DNA from: a virus
Lineage: Duplodnaviria > Caudoviricetes
IMG/VR virus record: IMGVR_UViG_3300048672_000976
Span: 1-58,725 of that record
Reading direction: 5' to 3' (one strand)
Length of the DNA: 58,725 nucleotides
Shown here: positions 7,684 to 18,900 of the stretch, piece by piece
Layout of the letters: every line of letters starts with the position of its first letter
Numbering within the stretch: position 1 is the stretch's first letter
Notes under the pieces: model-generated
The model's database searches: none
What the model was told of the DNA's origin: nothing
The model's input: only the letters and a program-made list of their open reading frames with translations
Translations under genes and position numbers: made by a program

Positions 7684-10416
7684 TTATTGTGATTCAATTA
7701 GTACTTGTAATTTAAAATTCTTCATTACTGTACATTTATTTGGGCCATATTTATATGATTTGAATTTAACTTTATCCACCCCCTCATTATTTGTAAAAAA
7801 CTCAAAAGAAATTATTGGCGACATGATTGTTGTACCTGTAATTCCTGAATACCCAATTATATCACCATATACATTATCTTTACCTACGTTTTCACGAACA
7901 TATCCGTTAACATTATTAGTAATGAAAATTAAATTGGTTAAAGTTACATCCCATGATTGTTTTAATGTAACATAATTTACAGGTAGTGTTGTTTGTGTAT
8001 ATATTGAGGAACCACTATATACTACATTATCAATGTTCAATAATGGATAAAACTTAAATTCAGTATGTGTCGGCTCCTCATTAATTAAAGATTCAAAATC
8101 TGGATACCTATCATCAATAATTTCAAATATCTGACATGGCTTTTTATATTTATATTTACAACGTCCGAATTTACCATTTTCAATGATGTTTCCACCTGTC
8201 CATAATGAACTAGATGGTATAAATTGGTCAACAATATGTACCCAATATGGGCTCATTTTATCAATAAATTCATTAACAGTAACAAAATCATAAGGTACAT
8301 CACATAATTCAACATAGTCATAATATATCTTCTTTAAATCGAAATATGATGTGTCATATTTTACTGTATTAGATTTTTTAATTGATTTAGTGAAAATAAC
8401 ATCAATATATTCAGCAAATGTTAGGCCACTTTGTGGTAACATATTACCAAATGTTAAATTTAATGACCTAGATTGTCGATAAATATCATAATCAATTGTT
8501 TGTGATGGTGATAAATGAACACTAAGATTTTTTCTATTTAATACTAAATTTGTATCTACTTTAGCTTTTTTATTATCAATACTTGATTTTAACCCAAAAC
8601 CATAATTTAATCCGGGTAATTGCTTAAAATTATTAAAATAATCTTCGCCGTAAGTAAATGGTTTATTTTTTGTTTTAGTATATTTTGTTCTACCTGTTAA
8701 AATAGAATTTTCATAGTCAATCTCATTTAATGATCTATGTTCCAATGTTGATTTATACCAACCAGCACCTTTTTGAAAAAATATATTACCATCAGTACTC
8801 GTCACTTTTTTTGGTAATCCAAATTCATCAATTGGGTAATCACTTCTATTTAAACTTACCGTGGTTATCGTGTTTCCTGTACTATATGTTACACCTGATG
8901 ATGTTTGAGTTATACCTGTTATCATTATAGTATTTGAAATACCATTAATTACATCGTAAATATCATCTTCTAATGTTGATATGTTTGGTAACATGTCAAT
9001 ATTATAAACATATTCATCAATTTTTATCATTGGCTCAGGTGCACCTAAGAATCTTAAAAAAAAGTTTAATGAATTTCTAGTACCTTTGGATTTATAAATA
9101 TGTGATAAATTAACCAACATTCTTCGATAAAACTCATGTTCTGATTCAATTAAATTCTTCCCAATTGTTAAACCACCATATGAACTGTTTTGTCTATTGT
9201 AGAGTACATCATTTAAACTTTTTTCGTCAAAAAGATTTATGGTACTTAATCCTAAATTATTTGATAAATTTTTTAATAGTGCATCAGGTAAATTATTTAT
9301 TCCATCATAACTAACATGTCGCATATGTGCAATATTATCAATGTATTTCTTTACACTATCAAAACTTTGGCCATATAATTGAAAAATTGATTCTGCATGT
9401 TTATCTTCCGTATCAAATTCAAATAATTGTGGTGATGTTAAAAATCTTACAATTATATTTGATTTATAATCGTCGATTTCTTCTGCCAAAGTACTTAATT
9501 TATTAATAAATTGTAAATATTCAATACCAACTATTTGTATATTTCTATTATCTTTAGATAATGGCCAATTTAATTCAACACTTACAATATCAGTTCCTGA
9601 ATCATCAAAACTATCTCTAGGTACTTTAAATGATGAAGTATAAATTGGATTTGTTTCCCTATTTAATAATTGTGACTCCAAATCATCCAAATTATCATAA
9701 AAATTTTCAGTTATTTCATTATTTGGCCTAATTATTAAATCTTCACTTATTTCTGTTAATTCACCAAATGGATTACCTTTAACTTTTAATGTTATAATAT
9801 TGTTTATATTTGGTTCGATATAATTTATTATATCATATGTTTTATCATTATATTCTAATGTGTAGTTTTTATAAATTGAATAAAAATTTCTATTAGGGTT
9901 TTCAACTTCATTAATTGTGTTACTATTTGGTTTTTTTAATAAAATACCAAATGGGTTATATATTATGGAATATTCAATGTTAAATGTTGTCGTTCTATCT
10001 AATTTATTGTAAGTAATATTAAATGCTGTATTTAAACTATCCCTCACTATACTAGTATTATCAACTAAAATAATGGCAGGAAAATTTTTAATAATTCGAT
10101 TAATCGACACATTAATTCTTTGTTTCAATGAACCAAATAATGAACGGCCAGCATCATTTTTACCGCCATTGAATTTTATTTTTTCTTCTTGCTTTTCAAG
10201 TATTGTTTCAGATAAATCATCCAAAGTAACAAAATCGGAAAATGGTGATGTCACAAATGATTTACTATCTCTATCTACTATTTCTCTATCAATAGTAAAA
10301 TTTGCATTGGTTAATTGGCTTGTTCCATCTGTTATCTGAACACCAACTAAATTATCATTAAATGTTTCTAATCCACTACTTACTTGACTTGGTACTTTAT
10401 ATCTAACTTTCTTCAT
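7684..10416 (-). CDS. Baseplate wedge/tail protein with P2 gpI-like segment
   Basis: LPDALLKNLSNNLG...YRRMLVNLSHIYKSKGTRNSLNFFLRFLG resembles the tail-I/wedge motif. Confidence 0.6.
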   Translation of the reverse strand: MKKVRYKVPSQVSSGLETFNDNLVGVQITDGTSQLTNANFTIDREIVDRDSKSFVTSPFSDFVTLDDLSETILEKQEEKIKFNGGKNDAGRSLFGSLKQRINVSINRIIKNFPAIILVDNTSIVRDSLNTAFNITYNKLDRTTTFNIEYSIIYNPFGILLKKPNSNTINEVENPNRNFYSIYKNYTLEYNDKTYDIINYIEPNINNIITLKVKGNPFGELTEISEDLIIRPNNEITENFYDNLDDLESQLLNRETNPIYTSSFKVPRDSFDDSGTDIVSVELNWPLSKDNRNIQIVGIEYLQFINKLSTLAEEIDDYKSNIIVRFLTSPQLFEFDTEDKHAESIFQLYGQSFDSVKKYIDNIAHMRHVSYDGINNLPDALLKNLSNNLGLSTINLFDEKSLNDVLYNRQNSSYGGLTIGKNLIESEHEFYRRMLVNLSHIYKSKGTRNSLNFFLRFLGAPEPMIKIDEYVYNIDMLPNISTLEDDIYDVINGISNTIMITGITQTSSGVTYSTGNTITTVSLNRSDYPIDEFGLPKKVTSTDGNIFFQKGAGWYKSTLEHRSLNEIDYENSILTGRTKYTKTKNKPFTYGEDYFNNFKQLPGLNYGFGLKSSIDNKKAKVDTNLVLNRKNLSVHLSPSQTIDYDIYRQSRSLNLTFGNMLPQSGLTFAEYIDVIFTKSIKKSNTVKYDTSYFDLKKIYYDYVELCDVPYDFVTVNEFIDKMSPYWVHIVDQFIPSSSLWTGGNIIENGKFGRCKYKYKKPCQIFEIIDDRYPDFESLINEEPTHTEFKFYPLLNIDNVVYSGSSIYTQTTLPVNYVTLKQSWDVTLTNLIFITNNVNGYVRENVGKDNVYGDIIGYSGITGTTIMSPIISFEFFTNNEGVDKVKFKSYKYGPNKCTVMKNFKLQVLIESQ

Positions 10417-11339
10417 TATACATTAGTTATGTTATCTAAATTCAATGTTTCATCAATATCTGTTCTTTCTTCCCTAACTTCATACAATGTTTCACTAAAC
10501 TGATCTTTTATTTCATATAAATTATATTGCTTATAAATGTTATTATCTTTATCATAAATTGTGTAAATACCAGGCGTGATTGCTTTACTTTGATTACCAT
10601 AAAGTGCATTAGCTAGTGTACTTGCATCATGTTCAACCATATCAATTTCTATTGTGGTTGGATTAACAAATGTGTTAGATAAGATAATTTTTTGACTAGG
10701 TTGACCGATAAAAGGTACAACATTTGGTCTAGTTGATGGTGATGAGGATGGCGTTATTGTTAAAAATACCAAATTAGAAACCTGATCAGTATATTGATAT
10801 CTAATTGCTTTATCAGTTGTACTTGATAAATTAGAAGTTATTGGCGTACAATAAAATGATGACGTGATTACTCTATATGTGTTAGGTATTTTAGTTTTAC
10901 CATCATTTGTGTTAATATATTCAACACGGTATCCAACTAATCCTTGTGGCGTGAATTTACTTCTATCTTCCGACGGTACATTATTTAAATCAATAATTAA
11001 ACCTCTTACAGATGGTAATGAAGCCAATACACCACAATCAGTTATTGTAGTTCTAATTTGTTTAGGTCTAATATGTAATGTGTATATACCCAATTCAGAA
11101 AAATCATCGGCATTTAATTTTAAATTATATAAACCACCTAAAATTTCACTATTTGGTGCGGATGTATCATCAGTTGTTTCCGTATTATGATATACAGGTG
11201 TTAAAATATCTGTTGATATTAACTTTTTTAATGTTACGGTTTCTGTTGTTGATCTGGTTGATGAATAATGATAAAAAATATCAATATCATCGGGTGATAA
11301 ATCTGCTGGGCGTATAATCCCATATGAACCAATTGACAT
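10416..11339 (-). CDS. Putative virion structural protein
   Basis: Translationally coupled (TAATG) to the next gene; beta-rich; preceded by TATTTAT. Confidence 0.55.
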   Translation of the reverse strand: MSIGSYGIIRPADLSPDDIDIFYHYSSTRSTTETVTLKKLISTDILTPVYHNTETTDDTSAPNSEILGGLYNLKLNADDFSELGIYTLHIRPKQIRTTITDCGVLASLPSVRGLIIDLNNVPSEDRSKFTPQGLVGYRVEYINTNDGKTKIPNTYRVITSSFYCTPITSNLSSTTDKAIRYQYTDQVSNLVFLTITPSSSPSTRPNVVPFIGQPSQKIILSNTFVNPTTIEIDMVEHDASTLANALYGNQSKAITPGIYTIYDKDNNIYKQYNLYEIKDQFSETLYEVREERTDIDETLNLDNITNV

Positions 11340-11374
11340 AAATTAAATTTGTTTTATTATAAATAAATATTACC

Positions 11375-11893
11375 TTATTGTTTTTTAACTGTGTAATATC
11401 CGTTTCCGTACTTAGTTAACATATCAATATTATCAACCTCGCCTAATCTTAAATTCATTTCCATTACACTTTGATTACCTCTTTCTATGAAAACATCAGA
11501 AAATATTGTTGGTTGCTCAATAAAACCTAAAAAATGCTCATTTCTCGTTATTACTTGTTGAAAAACTTCCTCTTTTGTGAAACCACTAGTACTACCCATT
11601 ATCATTGTATATCCTTCCGGATAATCCTCATAATAGATATTATCAATTGTATAGCCACTAACATTTCCATTAATAGTTACACCACTATATTGATTTGTAC
11701 CATATTTTTTCAATTCAGATATTTTACTTTGGCCGATAGAATTATAATATGTGGTACCTGTAAATGATGTATAACCTGTATTAATAGAATAATCTAAATT
11801 AGTATAGTAACTTTGATCAATTGTTTCTGTTTCACCAGATAAATTTAAGTAATATGGAATAGTAAATGTAAGTGTTCCTGACTCTATAAGCAT
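11375..11893 (-). CDS. Putative virion protein (possibly the C-terminal half of a split gene)
   Basis: C-terminal DVFIERGNQSVMEMNLRLGEVDN motif; six [ST]GxT motifs in 172 aa. Confidence 0.55.
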   Translation of the reverse strand: MLIESGTLTFTIPYYLNLSGETETIDQSYYTNLDYSINTGYTSFTGTTYYNSIGQSKISELKKYGTNQYSGVTINGNVSGYTIDNIYYEDYPEGYTMIMGSTSGFTKEEVFQQVITRNEHFLGFIEQPTIFSDVFIERGNQSVMEMNLRLGEVDNIDMLTKYGNGYYTVKKQ

Positions 11894-11950
11894 AATATAT
11901 TGATATATATTATTAAATATAAAGAAAAAAATATTATTAATAAATGATTA

Positions 11951-12922
11951 TTAAATTAGTTCAAATGAAACAATTATCGATGGAAATTGACCATCACTTA
12001 ACCCAATACTATTTAAATATCTTGTTGGAAAAGTATATGATGTTGAATTTGGTGTTGAAATAATTGTTGAGGTTCCACCATAAGTAAATGATTCTATTTT
12101 TGTAATTTTATAACCCGAATCTGCCGTTATTTGAATACCTGATAAATTATATCCTGTTGTATTAATTAATAAGTTATAATTTGTTGTAAAAACTGCATTA
12201 TTTCCTGTTGAATTTAATGTCATAGTTCCACCACCTAAATTGCCATCAAAATTGCGTAATTCAAAATAATATTTATATTCTGTTGTTGGGGTTGGAGTTG
12301 GGGTTGGAGTTGGGACCGGTGTGATATATAAATCATCACATTGTTGGTAAGTTAATGTGGCCGTTTTGTATTCATTACTTGTTGAACCTGAAATATTGGT
12401 TATATTAAAACTAAACGTATATGTCCCTTGGAATAAAACAATTTTACCTATTTTATAACCAATACCTGTTTGTGTCAATGTTAATGTTTCAGGAACAGAT
12501 ACTGGTGTGTAAATATCATTCGGTGTAACTGTTATTGTTGATGTTATAATAGCATTACTGTCAAATATATTATCCAAAGTTAATTCCAAATATGGATAAC
12601 CATTTAAACCAAATAAATCAGTTTCATCTATACTATTACAATCAGATTTAATAGTTAATATATCTGAATAACAATCTATATCTGTTATCTCATAGCCTTC
12701 AGTTAATTGATTATACGTGACACCTGTTATATATGTCGTTATTGTAGGTTGTTCATTACTAACTTTAACAATACCTGAGCATAATGATGGACCATCAATA
12801 CTAATAGGATTGACTTTATTAGCATCCAAAGATAAACCACTTGATGGTGTTGACATTATTGTTATTGTGAATGGACCAATATCTTCTCTTGGTGTCTCAC
12901 TAAATCTTACTATTAAATTCAT
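11951..12922 (-). CDS. GPF-module fibre/decoration protein
   Basis: Start taken at MNLIVRF (12922). N-terminal IGPFTI module, short TP linker, and a C-terminal YKYYFELR domain shared with the 2805-aa protein. Confidence 0.6.
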   Translation of the reverse strand: MNLIVRFSETPREDIGPFTITIMSTPSSGLSLDANKVNPISIDGPSLCSGIVKVSNEQPTITTYITGVTYNQLTEGYEITDIDCYSDILTIKSDCNSIDETDLFGLNGYPYLELTLDNIFDSNAIITSTITVTPNDIYTPVSVPETLTLTQTGIGYKIGKIVLFQGTYTFSFNITNISGSTSNEYKTATLTYQQCDDLYITPVPTPTPTPTPTTEYKYYFELRNFDGNLGGGTMTLNSTGNNAVFTTNYNLLINTTGYNLSGIQITADSGYKITKIESFTYGGTSTIISTPNSTSYTFPTRYLNSIGLSDGQFPSIIVSFELI

Positions 12923-12933
12923 AATTTTAAATA

Positions 12934-15900
12934 TTAACATAAATTATTATATGCATCTAATCCTATTACATAATTACTACGACCTGATTCAACACCACAT
13001 ACCGTTTGTGTGACATAATATTGGAAGAAACTTTGTAATGTTGTGACAGTAAATACTGTTGAACCACTATTATTAACATTTACTTCAGCAAGAACATCAT
13101 TTAAATTATCTCTATAAAACTTAACTGTACAACCATTACCAACGGTAATTAAATTAGTAACCGATACAACATAATATCCACCATTTTCATTTCTACATAT
13201 TGACATTACTGGAGTATCTAATATTGGATTAGCAATAATAACACTATTAATTACAGTAAACGAACCTGCACAGGTATTAACAATCACTTTAACTTCCACA
13301 TTACCCGGACATATTGTTCTAGTGAATGATGTTGAACTATTTGAAGTAATAAGACTTTCTAGCAATATACCATCTTTATAAAGTTCATAATGAAAATCAA
13401 TATATGAACCATTAAACCCATCAACACTACAATTTATTATTGAATTACCATATGATGGATTATTGGTATGTAATGTTGCTGTGGTTGCAGCATTACAACA
13501 ACTACCAATTGTTGGTTGTGTTCCACCCACATCAATACCATTTACTTGGTAATGTCCATACGATGCCGAACATTGGTTATTATCTTGGTAAATTGTATAT
13601 TCAACACCACCACTACATGTTATATTTCCAGTACTGGTCCAACTAGGGTTAGTATTAATTGTATTTGACGGATTACTAGCATATGATGTACCATTCATAT
13701 AATATTGATTACCACCAAAACAAGCATTACTATTTTGATAAACAGTATATGATGTTACAACACCATTGCTGCATGTACTATATGTTCCAACATTAATACT
13801 ATAATTTGCTGAAGTATCAATAGTGTTTGATGGATTATATGAATATGTTGTCCCATTCATTAAATAATTTTGGCCACCACTATAACAAGCATTACTGTTT
13901 TGATAAACAGTATATGATGTTACAACACCATTACTACACGTACTATATGTTCCAACATTAATACTATAATTTGCTGAAGTATCAGTACCACATGTGGCCG
14001 AACATGTTTCCCAAACCTCAGCACTTCCAACATTATTACCTGTACAATTATATTTTAATTGACGATATTGGGTTGTTCCCACACAATAATAATCATAATA
14101 TGTTCCACCACAACTTTCATCACAATCACAAGTTGATGATGAAATAATTCTATAACTAAATGTTCCACATTTATTTGTTGTACCTTGACGTTTTTCACAA
14201 CCAACACAATATGGTGAACCATAATCATAGAAATATAATGCATTATATAAAATGATATCATATAACGTATCGGCAACAGTTGTTGTTGAATCACCATTCC
14301 ATGCGACACCATTTAATATCAATCCACAAATATTACTACTATAAATAATTCTAAAAATTGTACCGGCAGGATACGTTTGTGTTCCATTTTTGAAATTTAA
14401 ATCAGCAACCCAAGCACCATTTTGATAAAATTGTATTGCGTATTCATTAGTATTAGGGCTATCTTGTGGATTTAACGCAATAGTACTATATGACGGTGGC
14501 ACGATAATTGGTGATTTAGTTGGTGTAACCGTTACTGTTGGCGTAACCGTTCTAGTTGGTGTTACGGTGTTTGTTGGGGTTGGTGTTGGGGTTAAATTAG
14601 TTGTTTTAGTTGGTGTTGGTGTTAATGTTTTAGTTGGCGTAACCGTACTAGTTGGTGTTGGGGTTAAATTAGTTGTTTTAGTTGGTGTTAGTGTTAATGT
14701 TTTAGTTGGCGTAACCGTTACTGTTGGTGTTGGTGTAACACATAACCCAAATGTTGGTGTACTTGTTAAAACATATGATGGTTGACCTGTATAATTAATT
14801 AAATATTGTAAATATGTTGATGAAAAACGATTAATATCAATAAAAACATCGTAACTATAACCATTATAACATGTTTTTTGTTGAACACCAAATGGGTCAA
14901 AAAATGGATACCATTCAGGATCATATGATGTAACTGTACAAAATGGTTGTGATGAAATCGTAACACCACTAATAAATGTTGTTCTGATGCTATGTGGTAC
15001 TTCGATAAATAAGAATGTGTTAAAGTTAATGTAACCATCTCTACGATAAAATCCATTATCAATATGGAAATTACTATAAACCGCAGTTGGGTAACCACCT
15101 ATTTTACATATATCATTATCAAAATAACCTAAATCATAAATATAATACATAAACACCGGTGTTGTTGGTGTAATAGTATTAGTTGGTGTAACTGTTTTTG
15201 TTGGTGTAATGGTTGGTGTAACTGTTTTTGTTGGTGTAACCGTATTCGTAGGGGTAACGGTATTTGTTGGTGTGACCGTTTTTGTTGGTGTGACCGTTTT
15301 TGTTGGTGTAACAGTTCGTGTTATTGTTGGGGTTACAGTCATTGTTGGTGTTGGTGTTGGTGTTCGTGTTATACATGTTGAAATATCAAGAACAACACCA
15401 TCTCTACTAATTGTATAAACAACACCATTAATTGAATAATAACCTTGTGTTGCAATATTTGTTGATAATATTAATGCTGATTTATATACTATATTATCAA
15501 CTTGTAATGTTGATGAACCTTGCCAATATAGGTTAAAAATGTTTGTATAATTATAACAAGCATCATATTGCGATGTACTATTAAATTGTAAATTCAATAA
15601 TTCACGGATTGGCGTTGTTGGTGTCGGGGTATTAGTTGGTGTAACTGTGTTTGTTGGTGTTATACTAGGCGTAACTGTTGGTGTAACTGTTTTTGTTGGT
15701 GTAATTGTACTAGTTGGTGTTTTTGTTGGTGTAACTGTAACTGTTGGGGTTACTGTTTTAGTTGGTGTAATGGTACTAGTTGGTGTAATCGTACTTGTTG
15801 GTGTAACTGTTCTTGTTGGTGTAATTGTAGTTGTCGGTGTAACTGTTTTGGTCGGGGTTATACTAGGGGTAACAGTATTTGTTGGTGTTACTGTGTTTGT

Positions 15901-18900
15901 TGGTGTTATCGTGTTTGTTGGTGTTACTGTGTTTGTCGGTGTAACTGTGTTTGTCGGTGTAACAGTTTTTGTTGGGGTTACTGTATTTGTCGGTGTAATA
16001 GTATTTGTTGGTGTTATCGTGTTTGTTGGTGTTACTGTGTTTGTCGGTGTTATACTAGGTGTAACAGTTTTTGTTGGTGTTACTGTGTTTGTCGGTGTAA
16101 CTGTGTTTGTCGGTGTAACAGTTTTTGTTGGGGTTACTGTGTTTGTCGGTGTAATAGTATTTGTTGGCGTAACAGTTTTTGTTGGGGTTACTGTATTTGT
16201 CGGTGTAATAGTATTTGTTGACGTAACAGTTTTTGTTGGGGTTACTGTGTTTGTCGGTGTAATAGTATTTGTTGGCGTAACAGTTTTTGTTGGGGTTACT
16301 GTATTTGTCGGTGTAATAGTATTTGTTGGCGTAACAGTTTTTGTTGGTGTGATAGTGGGTGTTGGTGTTGGTGAACTAAATGGCGATGGAGTTACAGTAG
16401 GTGTAACGGTATTTGTTGGTGTAACGGTATTTGTTGGTGTTATACTAGGTGTAACAGTATTCGTAGGGGTTACTGTTGGAGTTGAAGTTGGGGCAACAGT
16501 AAAATTAAATTTTACTACTGGGTAAACAGTTATACCTGTACTATTAATAAATACACTAACAACACCACCAAAGGTATATGATGATGAATTTGGGTAAAAT
16601 ACCCAAATTAAATCATTATTAACATCATAATATTCTATTGAACTTATAATATTTCCTGAATTAGCAATAACATTCTTATTAGTTAATTCATATTGTGCTG
16701 TTGAAACAAATAAATCATATGTTGTTGTAACTATTATTGGATTTTTAGGGTCATTATCTAAATAAAATGACCCCCCACCAAATCCACCACCGGGGGCATA
16801 CATTACAAATCTATATCTAAAAATTGTTGGTGTTGATGTTGGCGTAACAGTAGGAGTAATGGTATTAGTTGGAGTAACTGTTTTTGTTGGGGTTATGGTA
16901 TTTGTTGGTGTAATAGTGTTTGTTGGTGTAACTGTGTTTGTTGGGGTAATACTAGGTGTAACTGTGTTTGTTGGGGTTACACTCATTGTTGGTGTAACTG
17001 TTTTTGTTGGAGTAACTGTGTTTGTTGGCGTAATAGTATTTGTTGGTGTTACACTCATTGTTGGTGTAACTGTTTTTGTTGGGGTTATAGTATTTGTTGG
17101 TGTAACTGTTTTTGTTGGTGTTATCGTGTTTGTTGGTGTTACAGTATTTGTTGGAGTAACTGTTTTTGTTGGTGTTATCGTGTTTGTTGGTGTTATGGTA
17201 CTAGTTGGTGTTACTGTGTTTGTTGGTGTATTAGTATTTGTTGGTGTAATAGTATTTGTTGGTGTAACTGTTTTTGTTGGTGTGACTGTGTTTGTTGGTG
17301 TAACTGTGTTTGTTGGCGTAATGCTACTAGTTGGTGTGACTGTGTTTGTTGGCGTAATAGTATTTGTTGGTGTAACTGTTTTTGTTGGTGTGACTGTGTT
17401 TGTTGGCGTAATAGTATTTGTTGGCGTAATACTACTAGTTGGTGTGACTGTGTTTGTTGGTGTAACTGTGTTTGTTGGGGTTACACTCATTGTTGGTGTA
17501 ACTGTTTTTGTTGGAGTAACTGTGTTTGTTGGCGTAATAGTACTAGTTGGTGTGACTGTGTTTGTTGGTGTAACTGTGTTTGTTGGGGTTACACTCATTG
17601 TTGGTGTAACTGTTTTTGTTGGAGTAACTGTGTTTGTTGGCGTAATAGTATTTGTTGGTGTTATAGTACTAGTTGGTGTTATTGTATTCGTTGGTGTCGA
17701 GGTATTAGTTGGTGTAACTGTGTTTGTTGGTGTAACTGTGTTTGTTGGTGTTATAGTACTAGTTGATGTTATTGTATTCGTTGGCGTTACTGTTTTTGTT
17801 GGTGTAACTGTGTTTGTTGGTGTAACTGTATTCGTTGGTGTTGGTGAACTGAATGGTGATGGTGTGATACTAGGTGTAACTGTGTTTGTTGGTGTAACTG
17901 TATTTGTTGGTGTAACTGTATTCGTTGGTGTAACAGTATTTGTTGGTGTAACTGTATTCGTTGGCGTTACTGTGTTTGTTGGTGTAACTGTATTTGTTGG
18001 TGTAACTGTATTTGTTGGTGTAACTGTATTTGTTGGTGTAACTGTATTCGTAGGGGTTATGGTAGTCGTAACAGTATTTGTTGGTGTTATGGTATTTGTT
18101 GGAGTAACTGTGTTTGTTGGTGTAACTGTATTTGTTGGTGTTATGGTATTTGTTGGCGTTACTGTATTTGTTGGTGTTACTGTGTTTGTTGGTGTAACTG
18201 TTACAGTAGGTGTTACTGTGTTTGTTGGTGTAACAGTATTTGTTGGTGTGATTGTATTTGTTGGCGTAACAGTTTTTGTTGGTGTAACGGTATTTGTAGA
18301 GGTTACTGTATTCGTTGGGGTGGTTGTAGGAGTTACAGTTACAGTATTCGTTGGGGTAACGGTATTTGTAGAGGTTACTGTATTTGTAGGGGTTACAGTA
18401 TTTGTTGGTGTTACGGTATTTGTTGGCGTTACTGTTTTTGTTGGTGTAACTGTTACTGTTGGTGTTACAGTATTTGTTGGAGTAACTGTTTTTGTTGGTG
18501 TAACAGTATTTGTTGGCGTAACAGTTTTTGTTGGTGTAACGGTATTTGTAGAGGTTACTGTATTCGTTGGTGTTACAGTATTTGTTGGGGTAATAGTATT
18601 TGTTGGCGTTACTGTTTTTGTTGGTGTAACTGTTACTGTTGGTGTTACAGTATTTGTTGGCGTTACTGTTTTTGTTGGTGTAACTGTTACTGTTGGTGTT
18701 ACAGTATTTGTTGGAGTAACTGTTTTTGTTGGTGTAACAGTATTTGTTGGTGTTACAGTATTTGTTGGTGTTATGGTACTAGTTGGTGTTATCGTGTTTG
18801 TTGGTGTTATGGTACTAGTTGGTGTAGCTGTGTTTGTTGATGTAATAGTATTCGTAGGGGTAATAGTATTCGTAGGGGTAATAGTATTTGTTGGCGTTAC

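Noticed and set aside
13655-13985. DGR-like repeat pair in the giant fibre gene
   Set aside because: Tandem in-frame duplication with mostly synonymous, non-A-specific changes.
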